From Strigamia acuminata (lineage: Eukaryota), in contig OX442314.1 of NCBI GenBank assembly GCA_949358305.1, positions 14,508,001 through 14,572,000 of the forward strand: DNA of 64,000 nt. The letters run 5' to 3'. The notes below the pieces were generated by a model. That model saw only the letters and a program-made list of their open reading frames with translations. It was not told where the DNA came from and ran no database searches. Position numbers and translations under genes: made by a program. Positions 10,685-23,700 of the stretch are shown piece after piece. How positions within the stretch are numbered: position 1 is the stretch's first letter; every line of letters starts with the position of its first letter.

Positions 10685-13600
10685 GCCCCAGCTGCGCGCA
10701 TAAATTAGCGAGACCAGGTCTAGGGGAGAATAGCGTCTATTGAGATGGGGGGAAGGGAGGCTTGGCTCCATTCATAGCTCAATGGGATGCACGTGGTGTG
10801 CGCGAGGCGCATGTGCGAAGCATCTGCGCACGCGGGAGAAAAACCACAGCACAGAAATGAGATTAGTTGTAGTAATACTACGGCACTAGTCACGCTGTTT
10901 GTTAATAACATTTTACATTTCCTATCGAAAGTATTTCACTGGACAAGATTTTTATTAAATTAAAATAAAAAAAAGAATTTAATTTAAAATTTTTTTTATA
11001 AATTTTATAAATTTTATAATTTTTGTGTGTTTGGATCAAAGAGATATTTGTTGGTTTGGTGTTTATTGGTGTTTAAATGCGATGTTTGGAGAGAAAAAGA
11101 GGTTGGGGAAGTAGTAAAAAGACATTTGTTGCTTTAGCACAAGGTTTCACCATCACCAGCAGCCGCACGCGCCAGCTGCCATCTCCACCTGCCCCTTTTG
11201 TAAGACGCACGCGCGCTGCTGTCCAACTGCAAAGCAAAGTTTTCTTGGATTTGTAATCATTACACATGCACACAACGCTATGCAGCCATGTCCTATATCA
11301 ATTGGATTTGCATTGGCGGATGCCGTTGAAGGACACGGTCTGGGTCGCGTGTCTTGTGCCTTGCCGAGATTTAGCTTGAGGGCGTGAACAACGCCCGTTT
11401 GGAAAGTGAACGCGTGGCCGGCACGTGGCTCTAATTTTGTCCCGAAGGTCTTAATTGATTCATGGGCCGAAATCAGTACACACGCCGCTGAGAGGGTGGT
11501 GAGGTGGTGGCATAGTAAGAGAGGGGGTAGGGGATAAGGGGGTGGGAGTACGCACTAGTACCTCGACAGCTGCAGCACGTGGCACCTTCTGTGGCGCTAG
11601 TAAGGCGCGGTCCCACCTGGACGCGCAGAACAAGAGAGGAAGAGAAAAACAAACGAAAAACTCCTTGCACGGATGGATGATGCTCTTCTTATGGATAGAG
11701 AGAGGGTGGATCCTTGGCCGCTTTAATCGACCAACCGTGGCGCTAGCAAAGCACCTTTCGCTGAGGATGTCAGGATTTTTCACCTGGGTCCTTTCTTAAG
11801 TGACAAGAAACGCGTGCCGTCCATTTAAAAAAATAAATTAATATTTCAATGAAAATAAATAAATTAAATTAAATTGTAATAAAATCGACTCTCATCCGTG
11901 TATAGAAATTCAAGAAGTTTAGTTTTGAGGTTAGTGCGCATGCATTTTGAATACACTAAAGAGCAATGAGCAGATGGTGAACGCGTGTAGAGCGTCTGGT
12001 GAGCACCATGCACGCGCTTAAGCACACGTGTTGGAGGGGATGGGATATAGCAAAGTAGGAGCAGATGCTCGTGTGTGGTGGAATTCGGTAGCAGGGGTAG
12101 CAACACGTGTTACTACTGCCTAATCAAATTCACTATTGCAAACGCTTTTTAACACCAGGTGGCTACGGCCTGTTCAATGTGCCTAAGCTTAAACAGTTGA
12201 ATTGTAATGAATTTCGGGGATTTACTCGAGATTTCATTTGTTTATTTGTTTGTGCTCAAACCAACATGTTAGAAAAAATATTTTTTTTTAGAAATAAATA
12301 AAAGGAATGTTTGTGATTGGTAGAGGGACCCTCTTGTGTACGTCCCCATCTGGCCCCTCTTTCACCTGCCCGTCCAGTGGAGAGATGCGATCCCCTGGTC
12401 AGGTTTGTGTATGGGTAGTAATGTGATCATGTGATGGCGCGTGGCCAACTGTCTCCAGCTGGAAGCGTGCCAGCATTATTCATTGGAAATTGGAATTATT
12501 GACTCGAAGAAGTAATTAATGGACGTTATCATTATTTTTTGTGTGGATAAATGTGTTATTAAATTGATGGGAGACTAATAAATACTAAAGAAACGATACG
12601 GGAAGTTGAGAAATGGCTGTGATCGTGATTTGTCAATTAATTTTAAAATTTTTGTTTCGGAAATTCGTGTTGGAAATGACTATGTTTTCTCTTCCGCTCG
12701 GGGTCTTATTTAAAATTGGCAAAATATAAGCCGTTTACATTCGAATCCCTCCGGATGTTTGTATTTTCCGTTCCTTCTCTCATGGGTACATCGTATTTGA
12801 CTTTCGCTCACTGCGTTTTGACAAACCCCTAACTCAGTGCATTACATCTGGCCCACACCAGCTGCTTTAGACCCGAAAAAACACAACATTCTTAAAATTC
12901 TCATCAGTTATTAGACTAAATTCTACCAGCTATAGCACATGAAATATGAGTGCGGGAGGGATAAAAAAAAGAGCCAAACTTGCCTTATAATCGTCGAGAA
13001 ACTTCTTTGTGTGCCAACTCCAAAGCTCCAACGAGTGACTGAGCAACTCAACTGTTTGATTATCTCATCGCCACCCGCGCATCACGTACTAATTGAGCTG
13101 AGGCACGCGCTTAGCTTGAGGAAAAGAAAGGGAAACCCCACAAAAAAAAAGATAAAACTCTACGCGACTGCGCAAAACGGCAAAATATACGGGTGCCCTG
13201 ATTGCAAGGCACGCGCGACTTATAAATCCCTTAAACCGAAAAAAAATAACCCGATAAAAAATGAAAAAAGAAAAAAGAAAAAAGAAAAAAAAAATAAACT
13301 TTTCAATATTTACGATACAATTTAATATTTAAAATTTTATTAAATAGAGCGAGCGATAGAAATCAAAATGTTTTTTCACGTGATACCACTTTAACAACTT
13401 GCATCTGCAAGAAGCTTTTTCTTTCCCTTTAAATTATACACCACCTTGCCAACAGACACCATAAGGAGAGATGGATGCGAATCATGTGCATTCATTTCCG
13501 GCGAGGCGATAGGGTGGGGGTTTTTCAACACTTCCGGTAAGGAAATCCGAGGTCTTCTCTCTCTTATAAGAAATATCAAGGTGGGGATATGTGAATGAAA

Positions 13601-13904
13601 CGTTTCACACAAGCTAAGTTTGTGTGAAGACCTTTAAACACACCTTGTTTCGGCCGGAAATAGCCAAGCCCGTGGTATATTCATTCATGGGTAATGAGAA
13701 CAGGTTTTAATGGCTGGTGCATTCGATTCCCTCACCCCCGCATCGGCCCCTATTCAGTGCGTAGAGGGGATAAGAGTGGCGCAGGGGGAGACATTTTATT
13801 TTTAAAAGTCCTTTAGCCCACATGTCTTTTGCTGGGGGAACGGATGTTGAGCAGTTTTGGTCGGGTGGTAGTAGTCTAGACTCTTGTTTGGACGTTCGTG
13901 GGGC

Positions 13905-15920
13905 CAGGTGGTAAAGAAAAGAAGCAACCTGTTTTGCACTTTGGTCAACTTATCGCAAGGTATCAAAGGGTTGAATGGGCCTCACCTTAAAGTTTCAGTT
14001 TGATACCCAAAGGGTAAGGTCCTTTTCACCTGTAAGGTTGGATTTAGTTCCCAAGGAAAGAAATTATAACAAAAAATTGAAACGAAATGAAAATAATACA
14101 TTTTTTTTTACTTAATTTTAAAATTTTTTACTTAAAAATTTTTTTTAAAATTTTAAAATTTTTTTTTTAAAAAATAAAAAATAAAAAAATTGAATTTTTT
14201 TTTAAGTGCCGGTGCCATATGTTTGTAAGGAAAGGTTAATTAACGGGTTAATGTGGGTAAAATAATAAGCATAACGTATATACCCCGTGTGGTTTCGCTT
14301 CATTTTCTCATTTAACCTAAGGGGCATACCGGACTTCCGTAGATTCAGACACGCTCCCATAGCAGTAGCTCGTTTTGCCATTGTATTTCAGCGTAAGTAC
14401 ATTTTGTTATTAATACTCTCATTTTTTTCTATATTATAGGGGAGTGGTGAGTGTGTATATAGTTCGTTAGTAGTCCTTGACCTAATTAATTTTCATTAAG
14501 TCGTAGAGATTTGAATGAGTCGATATATCCGGCAAGACACCTGTAGGTCAGCTGCTGCTCTTTTACCCCTTAAACACCTTCCTCACTTATCCCCCGACGA
14601 TAGTTATAACTAAATATTTTTATAAAGACAGGTGGGATTATGAATGAGGAAGTAATATGGGTTGTTTTAAAAAAATATTTTAAAATTTCCTCAGCTATCA
14701 CCTGTATTTCCTTGATGTGTTTTCAATGCTGCAAACCCGCCATTTTTGTTTCGTACAGTGTGTATGTGTGGTAATGTATTTTATCAGTTAGGTTAAATTA
14801 ATTAATTTAAAAGAAAATAAAAAAAAAATTTAATGTGTATATTTTTAAATGAGTTGTTAATAAAGGCTTAATTGTGGGATGATTTCATCCTCTGCTCTTC
14901 TTATATCGATTAATCAAAAAAATCATTAAAGTGATTCACTTAGTTTCCTGCTTAAAGTAATTAAGGGATATGAATTGAATGGATTTGAAGATGGGTTTCT
15001 TTACCGGAAGAGGAACTGAAAACGTGTGAATTTGGAACTTGCCTTTGTTAATCATACGACACAAACTTATCAATATATCACAGCTGTTCAAGTCCCTCAA
15101 AATTAAAAGAAAAAAAAATGGTGAGAGGATTAAATAGAAATAAATTAAAACAGTGCAATTATGTAGGAATTCTGAAGATTAATTTTTTCTAAAATTGTAT
15201 AAAATCCATTGTGTTTGTGTGACCAATATGGCCCTCTTTTTTTGCACCATGCTCAACAAGATTTCCAGGTCTCATTTGTACTTGTTTTTTGTTTTGTCAA
15301 TGCAGCAACAGGTGAACTAGTTACCATGGAATTCTGTCAGGTTTTTATTTATTTATTTTTTTTAAATTGAAATAATGCCTTAGGTATTGAAATTTGATTT
15401 TAATGTCTAGTTTTTATTTTAAAGGGTTAAGGACATCCTCCCTCAAGGTGTAGATGCGCGTGCCGACACACAGCAGATTGTAACCAGGTGAATTTGCGGC
15501 ACGCGCCTTCTGCCACTCGTCGGTGGCTCGAAATTAGCAGGTGCAAAGCAGATGAAAATTTTATCAACACCTGAAATTTTTTTTATTTGCATTTTTAAAA
15601 TCCCACTTTTCGTTTTCCTTGGCAATTACAAACATCTTGATACTTAAACCATTTTTTTTATTTGCCTCAGAATTTATTGCGATTAAAATAATTTATTTAG
15701 ACCAATCAATTTCAATACATTTTTTTTATTTAACCCCCAACTTTATTAAGGCAGGTGTAAAATGGTGTTTGAATCAACTTATCTGTAGCAATGGCTTCTT
15801 TCTTCCGCCCGATGGCAGCGGAAGCAGCTGGTGGGTCCTTGATGGGGCCCAATCTCGGGAGTAGAGAGAGAGAGAGAGAGATTGGTGGGGAAGCCCAGAT
15901 GGTTGCTATACACCCAGGTG
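13905..15920. promoter_or_regulatory. CAGGTG/CAGCTG E-box cluster upstream of Delta
   Basis: Eleven CAGGTG/CACCTG and three CAGCTG in about 2 kb. Confidence 0.55.
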
Positions 15921-17385
15921 TCTTAGGTTCTTTCCTCTGATATCTCTTATTTTTATTCCGAGTCTTGTTTACAAGAAAACTCGAGATAAAGGGTCGATTT
16001 GAAGATTAGAAAAAGAGGTTAAAATTGAAATGTATAAATAAGAATTGATATAGAGAGGTATAAAGCAGAATTATGGCTTTGTTTTCTATGCGTAACATAA
16101 CTAACTCGTCGTTGAGCATTGCGTGTTGTTGTTAAAAGTTTTTTATATTTTCTTTTTTACAATTTTGTTTAGCGGTTCGTGTTAATATCTATTGATTGTC
16201 GCCAAAACAAATATACAGTAACTCGTGCTTTTCTTGCCGTGGTCAATTATTGACGTCCTTGCATGGAAATTGTTTTAAATTGGTGAGGAAGTCTTATTTT
16301 GGAAAATTTCCTGAAACGTTTAGTTGTGGGAGTAAAGTCTCTACTTGGGCATATAATTTCCCCATATACAGTCATTTAAAAACTGTTTGTTATGACATTG
16401 TCAGGTATAACCTCAAATATTTATTATTTACATCCATTTAAGTTATTAAAAATGTGTCTCAATATCATTTTTTCTGTTATTTCCTTATATTGTACAAATC
16501 CAACTTAATCTGTTTTCACCTTCACCCAATTTCCATAATGTGAATACATTTGCTATATTGTTTCCAACCTGTTCCTCATTCATTCGAGGCATTTCAAGTT
16601 AAACGTCACGTAGCAATTTTTTTTTTTTGAAAATAATGTGATACAATATGAATACAATACAATAGAATACAATATGCACATGTGTGTTTAGTTTTGTTAT
16701 TTAGCGGAGATATTAAAGAAAATTAAAGGGGAAGATGTGGTTAAAATATATCATTGTATATTTTTATTTAATTTTTTAATTTTAATTTTTAATTTTTATT
16801 TTTAATTTTTTGATTTTCCCGCCTTACGTTGCATTTGGCAATATAGGTCGATGAAGAAGAAAAGAGGAAGGTGTGCTACTAGGTATACGAGATGAATTCA
16901 GCCATCTGCTGCACACCGAAATGCATGGTTCTTTCTTATACCACGTGGACAAAACGCTCGGTAGGTGTGTTGGCCGGCTGTTCGTGCACGAGTTGCAGAG
17001 CAGATGGCCGAGTCACTGCGGCAGCTGCCCGAGAAAACCGAGCAGAGGGACCGAGCGAAGCCCTCACCTGTGATTGCTCCTTCTCCTTCTCTCTCTATAC
17101 GTGTATTAGGAAGTATGTCACAATGAAGTTTCTTAGCAACCCAAAATGCACCAGATGGTGATTGCTGTCATGGAGATGGGACCAAGGAGCAAAAAATGAG
17201 CATCTGCATCACTTATTGAACACTTGGGTTCGATAAAGGAATTTGAAAGAGATGATTTCCTTAAATGATGATTTATTTAGTTTAAACAGATGTTGCTTTG
17301 AATACGAAATCAAGTCAAATTGATCGAGGAAAAAGTGGTTGGAAGTGAAAATGGGATAAGAAAATAAATAATTGATTGTAAAAAC

Positions 17386-17735
17386 GCTGAAATTTAAATG
17401 AAAACCACCGAGATTAAAAATGGAAATTGTTTTGAAAAATTAAAACTACTGAAAAAAAATGGAAATTGGCTTGAGAAATTAAAATCACTTAAATGAAAAA
17501 TGGAAATTGTTTTGAAACTACTGAAAAAAATGGAAATTGGATTGAGAAATTAAAATTACTTAAATGAAAAATGGAAATTGTTTTGAAACCACTGAAATTA
17601 AAATCGGAAATTGCAATCAAACCCAATGAAATTAAAAAAAGGAACTTGGTTTTAAACTAACTGGAATAAAACGTGGAAATTGGTTTGAAAACCATTTAAC
17701 CCAAGATGGAAATTAGTTAGAAAACCACTAAATTT
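17386..17735. repeat. Degenerate minisatellite, ~30-45-bp unit with core AAAAATGGAAATTG(G/T)TTTGAAA..ACCACT
   Basis: ATGGAAATTG-like core recurs about 9 times, interleaved with GAAATTAAAA/ACTACTGAAA. Confidence 0.75.
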
Positions 17736-20700
17736 AACAACAACAAAAAAAGAACTTGTTGATTCTTACACACTCATTAGCCCAGTTGTTTTTCCGAGAA
17801 AATCCCATTTTAAACCTCACAAATTAGTGACCAATATTAGTCACAGGACTATTGATGAGGTCAAAAGATAATGGACACGTTGACAATTAAGACACAAGTG
17901 TAAGGTCACAGGGGTTTTTGTCCTTGGACAAAGCAGCAGCTCCATATTGGCAGCCGTATGTGAAATTCACACCGTAGTGGTTAGTGAAGGGCTGAAGGGG
18001 TTCAAAACACAATGAATCCGTTTTTTTCCATAAACTCACACGACAATTTCCAATTTTAAATCATTTTTATGCTTTGTATAATTTGATAGTCGGCTCAAAG
18101 GACCATTTTCGACCTAATTTTGTGTAAAAACTGTTTTCTTCTTCTTCATCCCCCCCCCCCATCCCCCCTCTCGCTCTTCCCTTTTCCTCATCCGAGCAGA
18201 TGGCGTGGGTGAACGCGCGGTTAGTGAAGCGTTGCTGGCTTCTTTTTCAACTTTTTTCTGCCCATCGATTGAGGGTATATTTGGAGTGAGGGTATTTCTT
18301 TCACTCTCTTGACATTGGAGGTGTTAAAAGAGGGTAATAAATGGCAGAGAGAGAAAAAAAAGAAAAAAAATTATTTCCCTTTTCCTCATATCGTCCTTTG
18401 CTTGTCGTCTGAATTGGGTCATAGTGAAATACACCTTTCGTCCTTGTCACTTTTGACTCAATAATTTTGTTTGGCACCTGTCCTGTACTGACCTCAAATT
18501 GATAAAACATAATGATTGCACCTGATACCTCTTTCCTCACAAATTTATTAGCAAAAAACGTGATTTCTACATATTGTCCAACCAGATGCGTTATTGCAGA
18601 TGCTCCAAACGTGGACTGATGGCATCTTTTCAGTTGTCAATTACACAGATCTTTTGTGGGGGAGTTTACAAAGATGCTTACGTTCGGTTTCAAATTGCTC
18701 TTTTCTCTTTTTGCCCTATTTATCTGTTTATGAGAGACCTCCTGTTCTTTTTCTCTTCGCATTGGACACAGGAAACGACAGTTAGGCCTAAAAAAGAGTG
18801 ACCATTAGGAGGAAAACAGCTGGATCTCATTGTTATGCCCATACTCTCTCTTTTTGATCACTCCAACATACGATAGTCCCAATACAGGAAACACGATCGG
18901 TTTTAGCATTTACATGACATGTATTGTAAAACGAGGCGTAATATAGGTTGAAAAGAGACTGATAACCGACAAAAATCCATTGAGTGGTCTATTTATTTAG
19001 TTGTACGTCAATAAATAGGCAACTAGACCCTTGCTGGGCTGATACAAACAATATTCTGTATCGTCATGATGCCACACCTGCTTTCGAATTCATGCACTGG
19101 AACGAATGAATGCCAAAACATGACGCATGCAAATTCCACTTTTTGTTTTTTGTTATTTTTTTTGTGTTGCTAGTTTCTTATTTAATATGTGGTGTGTAGT
19201 TGTTTATTACGTAATATTTAACATTTAAAAAAATTATGATGTTTTGCTTGCGAATATGTAATAAAAACTAAAAAGGTCAGTAATTTTTTGATGAAGCATT
19301 TTGTGCTGATGGTTCGTTCAGCGACTGTCAATTTAAGAGTAATTTAGATTGATGGTATTGATAAATGCACAGTTATTGGTTAAATGATTAATTGCTGCGA
19401 AGGATTATTATGGTGGCGAATTAAATAATATTCGGGCTTGTGCGGTGAATTCTATTTCGAATTTATACAGCGGAAAATGTATTAAAACATTTTGATGACG
19501 GAAAACGTTTTAAACGTGTGTTATTACGATACGGGGATAAATTTCCCAATGCGTTCCACTCGAAAACACTTCTCGCACCTGGAACTCATCACCCCTTTTA
19601 TGCTGCTTCAATGTTCTCTCCTCCTTTTATTTGTAGTTGATAGGTGGGGCAGTGAATTTAGATGAATAATGTTTGCAACGTGAAGAAAATGAAGAATAAA
19701 TTGATGATATCCAAAACACAACTCTATACTTGCACTTTTGTCGGTTGAGACTCGATGGGGGAAGGAAAAATAAGTGTTTTGTGTCATCTGATGGTTTAGT
19801 GGTTGATTTTTTTGCTGATAATTCGTGGCGCGTGCCACCTGGGCTGGTCAAAATACGTTTAAATCGGTCAAGTGTGAAGCGGGTGGAGAAGGAAGCTGGT
19901 AATTACCTTTGCAGTCACTATACTTTTATATCGAAGCTAAAATTGGTGAACAATTGGCAATAAAAATACTTCAACACAATATTTATTATTGAAAATTAAA
20001 AAGAAAATCGCAAAAAAAAATTCCACTAAACATTTTTCTGATAAAAAAAATAGTAAATAAAGTAAATAATAAATAGTAAACAGCAAATAAACAAATTTAA
20101 ACTTTAATTTTAATCAAACTCACATTTTCAAGGTGAGCCTCTCCGAAAATCACAACTTATAATTAAATCACTTAATGACTGCAAAATTTATGCAGGAAAG
20201 CAAACGCGTCTTCCGGATTAAATACTGACACCATCTGCCCTTGCCCTTCCTTTTAACCTATACGCAACAATATGTTGTCATGACAACTAGCAAGCACAAA
20301 GGTCCTTCACCTCATGTCTCCCTTACACCTAATTCGATAACTCAAAAACACTCATCTAGAGCAGCGACGTCTATTTTCCCCACTTTTTTTCATACATCTA
20401 TTTCCCGTTGATTCAGCGCACGTGGCAAGTGACATACTAAAATAACAATGCACTAATTTGGGCAGCATTGCGTCGTTCCGCGTTTAGACGTGGGCGGGTG
20501 GCAGCCACGCGACTGACACGCGTCAGCTTGAGGTGTTATTAATCCATTCGGATCCTTGCTCGCAATCTGGTTGCTGTTTATTAATTTTGTTTTGTTAATT
20601 AGTTGAATTAAGAGTGATAGGCGCCATGTGGCTTCCTAGTGGTTGCCACGTGCGATTTTCTAAGGCCCTTTGCCGTCGCCGGGAGCTGTGTTTTAGTTGG

Positions 20701-23700
20701 GAGGTTGAAATAGAGGGTCAAGATGGTGAACGACACTCATCTTCCCCTTTTCCGGTGCTCGATACGATGTTGGAGTGCCCCACATCTGTCGTAGTGATGT
20801 CCACCCTCGTGTATACACGCGGCCTGCGTTTAGTCAGACTTAATTAGAAAATTGGCAAGATAACTTTATTTGCTGTTGATGTTGGGAAGCTGTGTTGTAT
20901 TTAGTTATCATGTAATGGTGATGTAAAAATTGTACTATTGTGTTTTTCAAGTAGGGGTGATTGAGGTAATATTGAATTAATTATTTACAAGGGTGTTCTT
21001 ATCTAACTTCCCTTTTCATAAGAATTATCATTAATGTCACCTGCTTGTGAAAGCTGGATTCACCTGTTGAACAGATGTTATGTAAGGATGAGAGATAAAG
21101 AAGAAAAAAAATTAAAATTAAAAATTTATAGGTTTTTATAACTGAAATGCTTGGAAAAAGTCTTTCTTCAGTCCTTTGGTTAGGGCTTGTACAAATAGTT
21201 GAGCTACTGATGGTGAAATTTATACCACATTTATATATATCTTTTATGAGGAGTGAATGGAATGGGAAAAATTAGGCCAAGTTTGTATTTCTTTCTCATT
21301 TTCATTCTTAGGATGCTGTCAATAAGTTGTAAGTATGTAATGTAAATTAACGTGATGACTTAAGGTTTAAGTCCTTCTCTTGTAAAGATGCGATTGCCAG
21401 CTGTTAATCCAATGGCCACTGACTATTTTAAGTTTCATGACCTTAAAATAGATTTAGAGAGTAATAACTTGTTTTTTTTCTTTTTTTTTTCTGCTTCTTT
21501 TTTTTTTTTTTTTTTTTTTAAATTTAATTTTTTTAAATTTATTTTTTTGCACACCCAAATTCCTTCTAGCCGGATATTATTTTACCCATCCCCAATTTTG
21601 TATCATCTCTAAGATGGAGAAAGGAATCTCTTGGCATCCCTTCTGGAAGCCACTTGGAACCGCATGCGCACTTGGAGCCAGTGGTGCAAGGTCGCCCATT
21701 TTGTGACTTCATTTCCGCTGTCCAAATAAAAAAGTATTTTTACTTCGGAATTTTATGATTTAAAGTGTTAATAACCGAATTCCCTATTTATAATCTTCTC
21801 GAAAAGACAAAAATAAATAAATCAGGTTTTAGACTCTTCGCGTAAAGGGCGTCACCCGAGGTAACCATGGCAATGAGAATCTTCTCCGGAGAGATTTGAT
21901 TCTTACTCCGTGTCCGCCTCGTTCCGTTCCGCGAAGTCGCGCACTCATAAGGCTGCCACGAGCTGTCGAGCATGCCAGCCTTCAAGACCTCGCCACCCGC
22001 AACGTGCAGCCAGGCGCGCGCACTTCCCATCAACACCATCCCTCTCCTTTTTGCAACATTTTTTATCTTCCAAGAACATCATTACTATTAATGGGGCAGG
22101 TGCTGTTACATCACCAGGTGATCCTCCCCTAAATTAACTGCCTTTTGCACATAGGGTATACAATTTTACAAATTCAAATTTCAAACTGTTTTTTTTTTTT
22201 TAAAAATGGTTTTACGGTTTTACAGTTTTTGTTTTATAGTTTTACGGGTTAAATATCGTTTTTTCACTCCTATTTTTTCGCAGATTTAATGTGGTACTAA
22301 GTAGAGTTGTTTTGGTGGATGAAGAGGATTCAAAGTGTATATGTACACCTGTCATTTTCCGCGTATGCGCCCCTCCTAATGATGGGTAATTGGGTGTGGG
22401 CGGTGAAGGGACAACGCGCGCACGATGGTGATGCGTTTTGCTCGCTTCACGCACGCGAGTCATTCACCTTTTAGAATGTGAAGATATGTTGACAAGGCTG
22501 GGTGTGGACGAGGAAAGAGGATTAGGACTAAGAGTATATAAATTTTCACTCGTTCTTGTTTTTTTTATTCTTTTTCAAATTGTTATCGTTTTCGCTTTTT
22601 TTTTTCTTTTCTTTATTTGTTTGCAAATTGAATATGAAGTAAACACCATCTGTTGATAAAGCGGCGAAGAGATCTGAGCACAGTAACCGGAAAAGACAGT
22701 TGTGTAGCACGAGGTTAATGAATGAGAAAGAGAAGTGTTTTTTTCTTGCTTTTTTTTAAGAAATTGGGGGTGGGGCAATGAGGGGAGAGATTTTAAGTTA
22801 CACAAAGCGTCTGATGGATATGAATATGAACGATGTTTACATCATCAATGTGATATTAGGTTTGGCTTTGTTGATAAAAAAAATTGTCGCCATGTGGCCC
22901 CCACGCGACTAACCTAATGCCATATGGCGGTATAATATCAAAGAAAAAAAATTTAAAGGGGCTTGAATTTTAAATGGATTGTTGAATTTGAATAAAAAAA
23001 ACGGCAAATAATTATTTTTAAATTTTTTTAAATTTTTTTTTAAAAATTTTTGTTTATTTTTCGTGATTTTTTTAATTTTGTTTTGGAGTTAACACTTTAC
23101 TCCTTCGTAATTTGGAAGCGAGAGAAAAAAGGGACGCTGATATACGGTGGAGGTTCAACGCAGGGGAGGACGCGGACCCCACCTACACTTCCTCTTCACT
23201 TATAAAAAAAAATGTTTACAATTTGTTAAACAACGTTTTTAAAATGTGTAAATTGGTTTATGTATACGGACTATTTAAAGGAACCGAGAATGTTTGCTGA
23301 TGATCTGATTACAAGCGAACGTTGTCAAAATGCTCAAAATGGCAAGTCATTCACCTGTTGGTGTTTTTTTTTTTTTTGGTTGATGGTCACTTGAGAATAT
23401 TATAATTCCCACTTAACGTGTGGTTAAGAATACGAAGACGGAAAAAAATAATTACTATTTTTCTTTGTAATTAGTTGTTAGTATAATCAGTTTAAAACCA
23501 GAACTTGGTACATTAAGAATTACTTAAAATTCCAATTTTTTTTCTACACTGGTAATTAATTTAGTTTTAAAAAAAAAATTTTTTTTTGTAAGAAAAAATA
23601 TATATATCAACGAACAATGTCAGTAGTTGCAAGTTGTTTTCGTTTGCGTTATTCAGAGTTAATGGAAAATCTCCAGGGAAAAGTAAAGTTCGCTGGAGCG

